Source of the DNA: Octopus sinensis
Taxonomy: Eukaryota
Direction of reading: 5' to 3'
Length of the DNA: 64,000 bases
NCBI RefSeq assembly: GCF_006345805.1
Contig: NC_042998.1
Coordinates: 179,242,001 to 179,306,000, forward strand
Under the pieces are notes generated by a model, which was not told the DNA's origin, did not search any database, and worked only from the letters and a program-made list of their open reading frames with translations. Every line of letters begins with the position of its first letter. Position 1 is the first letter of the stretch. Shown here piece after piece: positions 63,059-64,000 of the stretch. Both the position numbers and the translations under genes were made by a program.

Positions 63059-64000
63059 CATGTATTTATGTGATTTATGTGTGTATAAATCAAAACCATG
63101 ACCAGCACTGCTGGTCAATTTTTGTTTTCTATGTTTTAATTGAAAAGATCCTAAAAAAAGAAGAGAAAAAACAGGCAAGGAAGAGGGAGAAAAGAAAAAC
63201 AAAAAATAAAAATGATGGAGATGATGATGTTAATGATGATGATGGTTTTGATGATAACTATTGCAAAATTACAAAATTACCAAAAAAAAAAAAATAATAA
63301 TAATAATCTTGTTGTTAGAGTAGTAAGCTATTCTTTGATAATATTTCTTAATTTCGATGATCCTAACAATACATTGGACCAGTGATAGTTAATTAAGCAA
63401 AAAGCAGTCAGATTGTTTTTTGGGGGGGTTTTTTTGTGAAAGAAAAGAAGAAACAAAAGAAAAGAGAAAGAAGTTTTGTTACTGCTGTTGTTACAAGGTT
63501 GAAATTACCCCAGTGCTACCCTCATTGAATTGACTCAGCACCAAAGATACTCTATTCATTCATTGTCACTGCTGTTGTTAAAATGAAGGCACTTGCCTAG
63601 TGGTTAATATATCAGGTTCACGTTCCTTAGGCCCTGGTTTCAATTCCTGGACCGAGCAGTGTGTTGCGTCCTTGAGCAAGACATGTCATTTCATGTTTCT
63701 CCAGTCCATCAACTAAAAAGCAAGTACCGGCAGAAGCTAGGGGTTGACCCTGTAGCAGATTAGCATCCTATTCTATGGGGGGGTCTTGTCCTCTCAGTTG
63801 CCTAAACACCTTGGAAACTTTGATAAGCTTCCAGTCACATAGGCTTGTAAGTTTGAGTCAGCCTTTCGCAGCCCACTGTTATAATGCTTAAGTCGTCTCA
63901 GAGCAACTCTGCTATGATCAAAGATGTTCAGGATTTTTATTATCTCAACTGGTGAACAATAGCATTATTGGTTATAGGTTTTCATTCTATTGTTTTTGGG

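Overview
Repeat-rich, AT-rich eukaryotic genomic DNA. The SINE families and microsatellite load suggest a coleoid cephalopod such as Octopus (inference, no database search). Two spliced + strand genes can be assembled by hand with consistent splice phases. (1) The 3' ten or eleven coding exons of a highly divergent SLC6 (NSS-fold) transporter-like gene (7032-27836, possibly from 4851); its 5' exons were not found and probably lie upstream of the window. (2) A complete six-exon failed-axon-connections (fax/FAXC, GST-like) homolog (40544-59134, 289 aa). Introns and intergenic DNA hold tRNA-derived SINEs, RTE, CR1, Tx1 and RLE-type LINE fragments, a Neptune-like Penelope element, a non-autonomous Helitron, a mariner derivative and MITEs. 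The main unannotated signal is a set of type I hammerhead ribozyme motifs: three near-intact (1601-1638, 4431-4489, 24609-24663) and two fossil. All lie on the minus strand, antisense to the host genes, mostly in short elements next to (TA)n tracts, and one sits in the Penelope 3' end with a compensatory U3-A8 core. There is also a 20 x 123 bp tandem array of SINE Pol III heads. Most ORFs in the supplied track are microsatellite or SINE artefacts.
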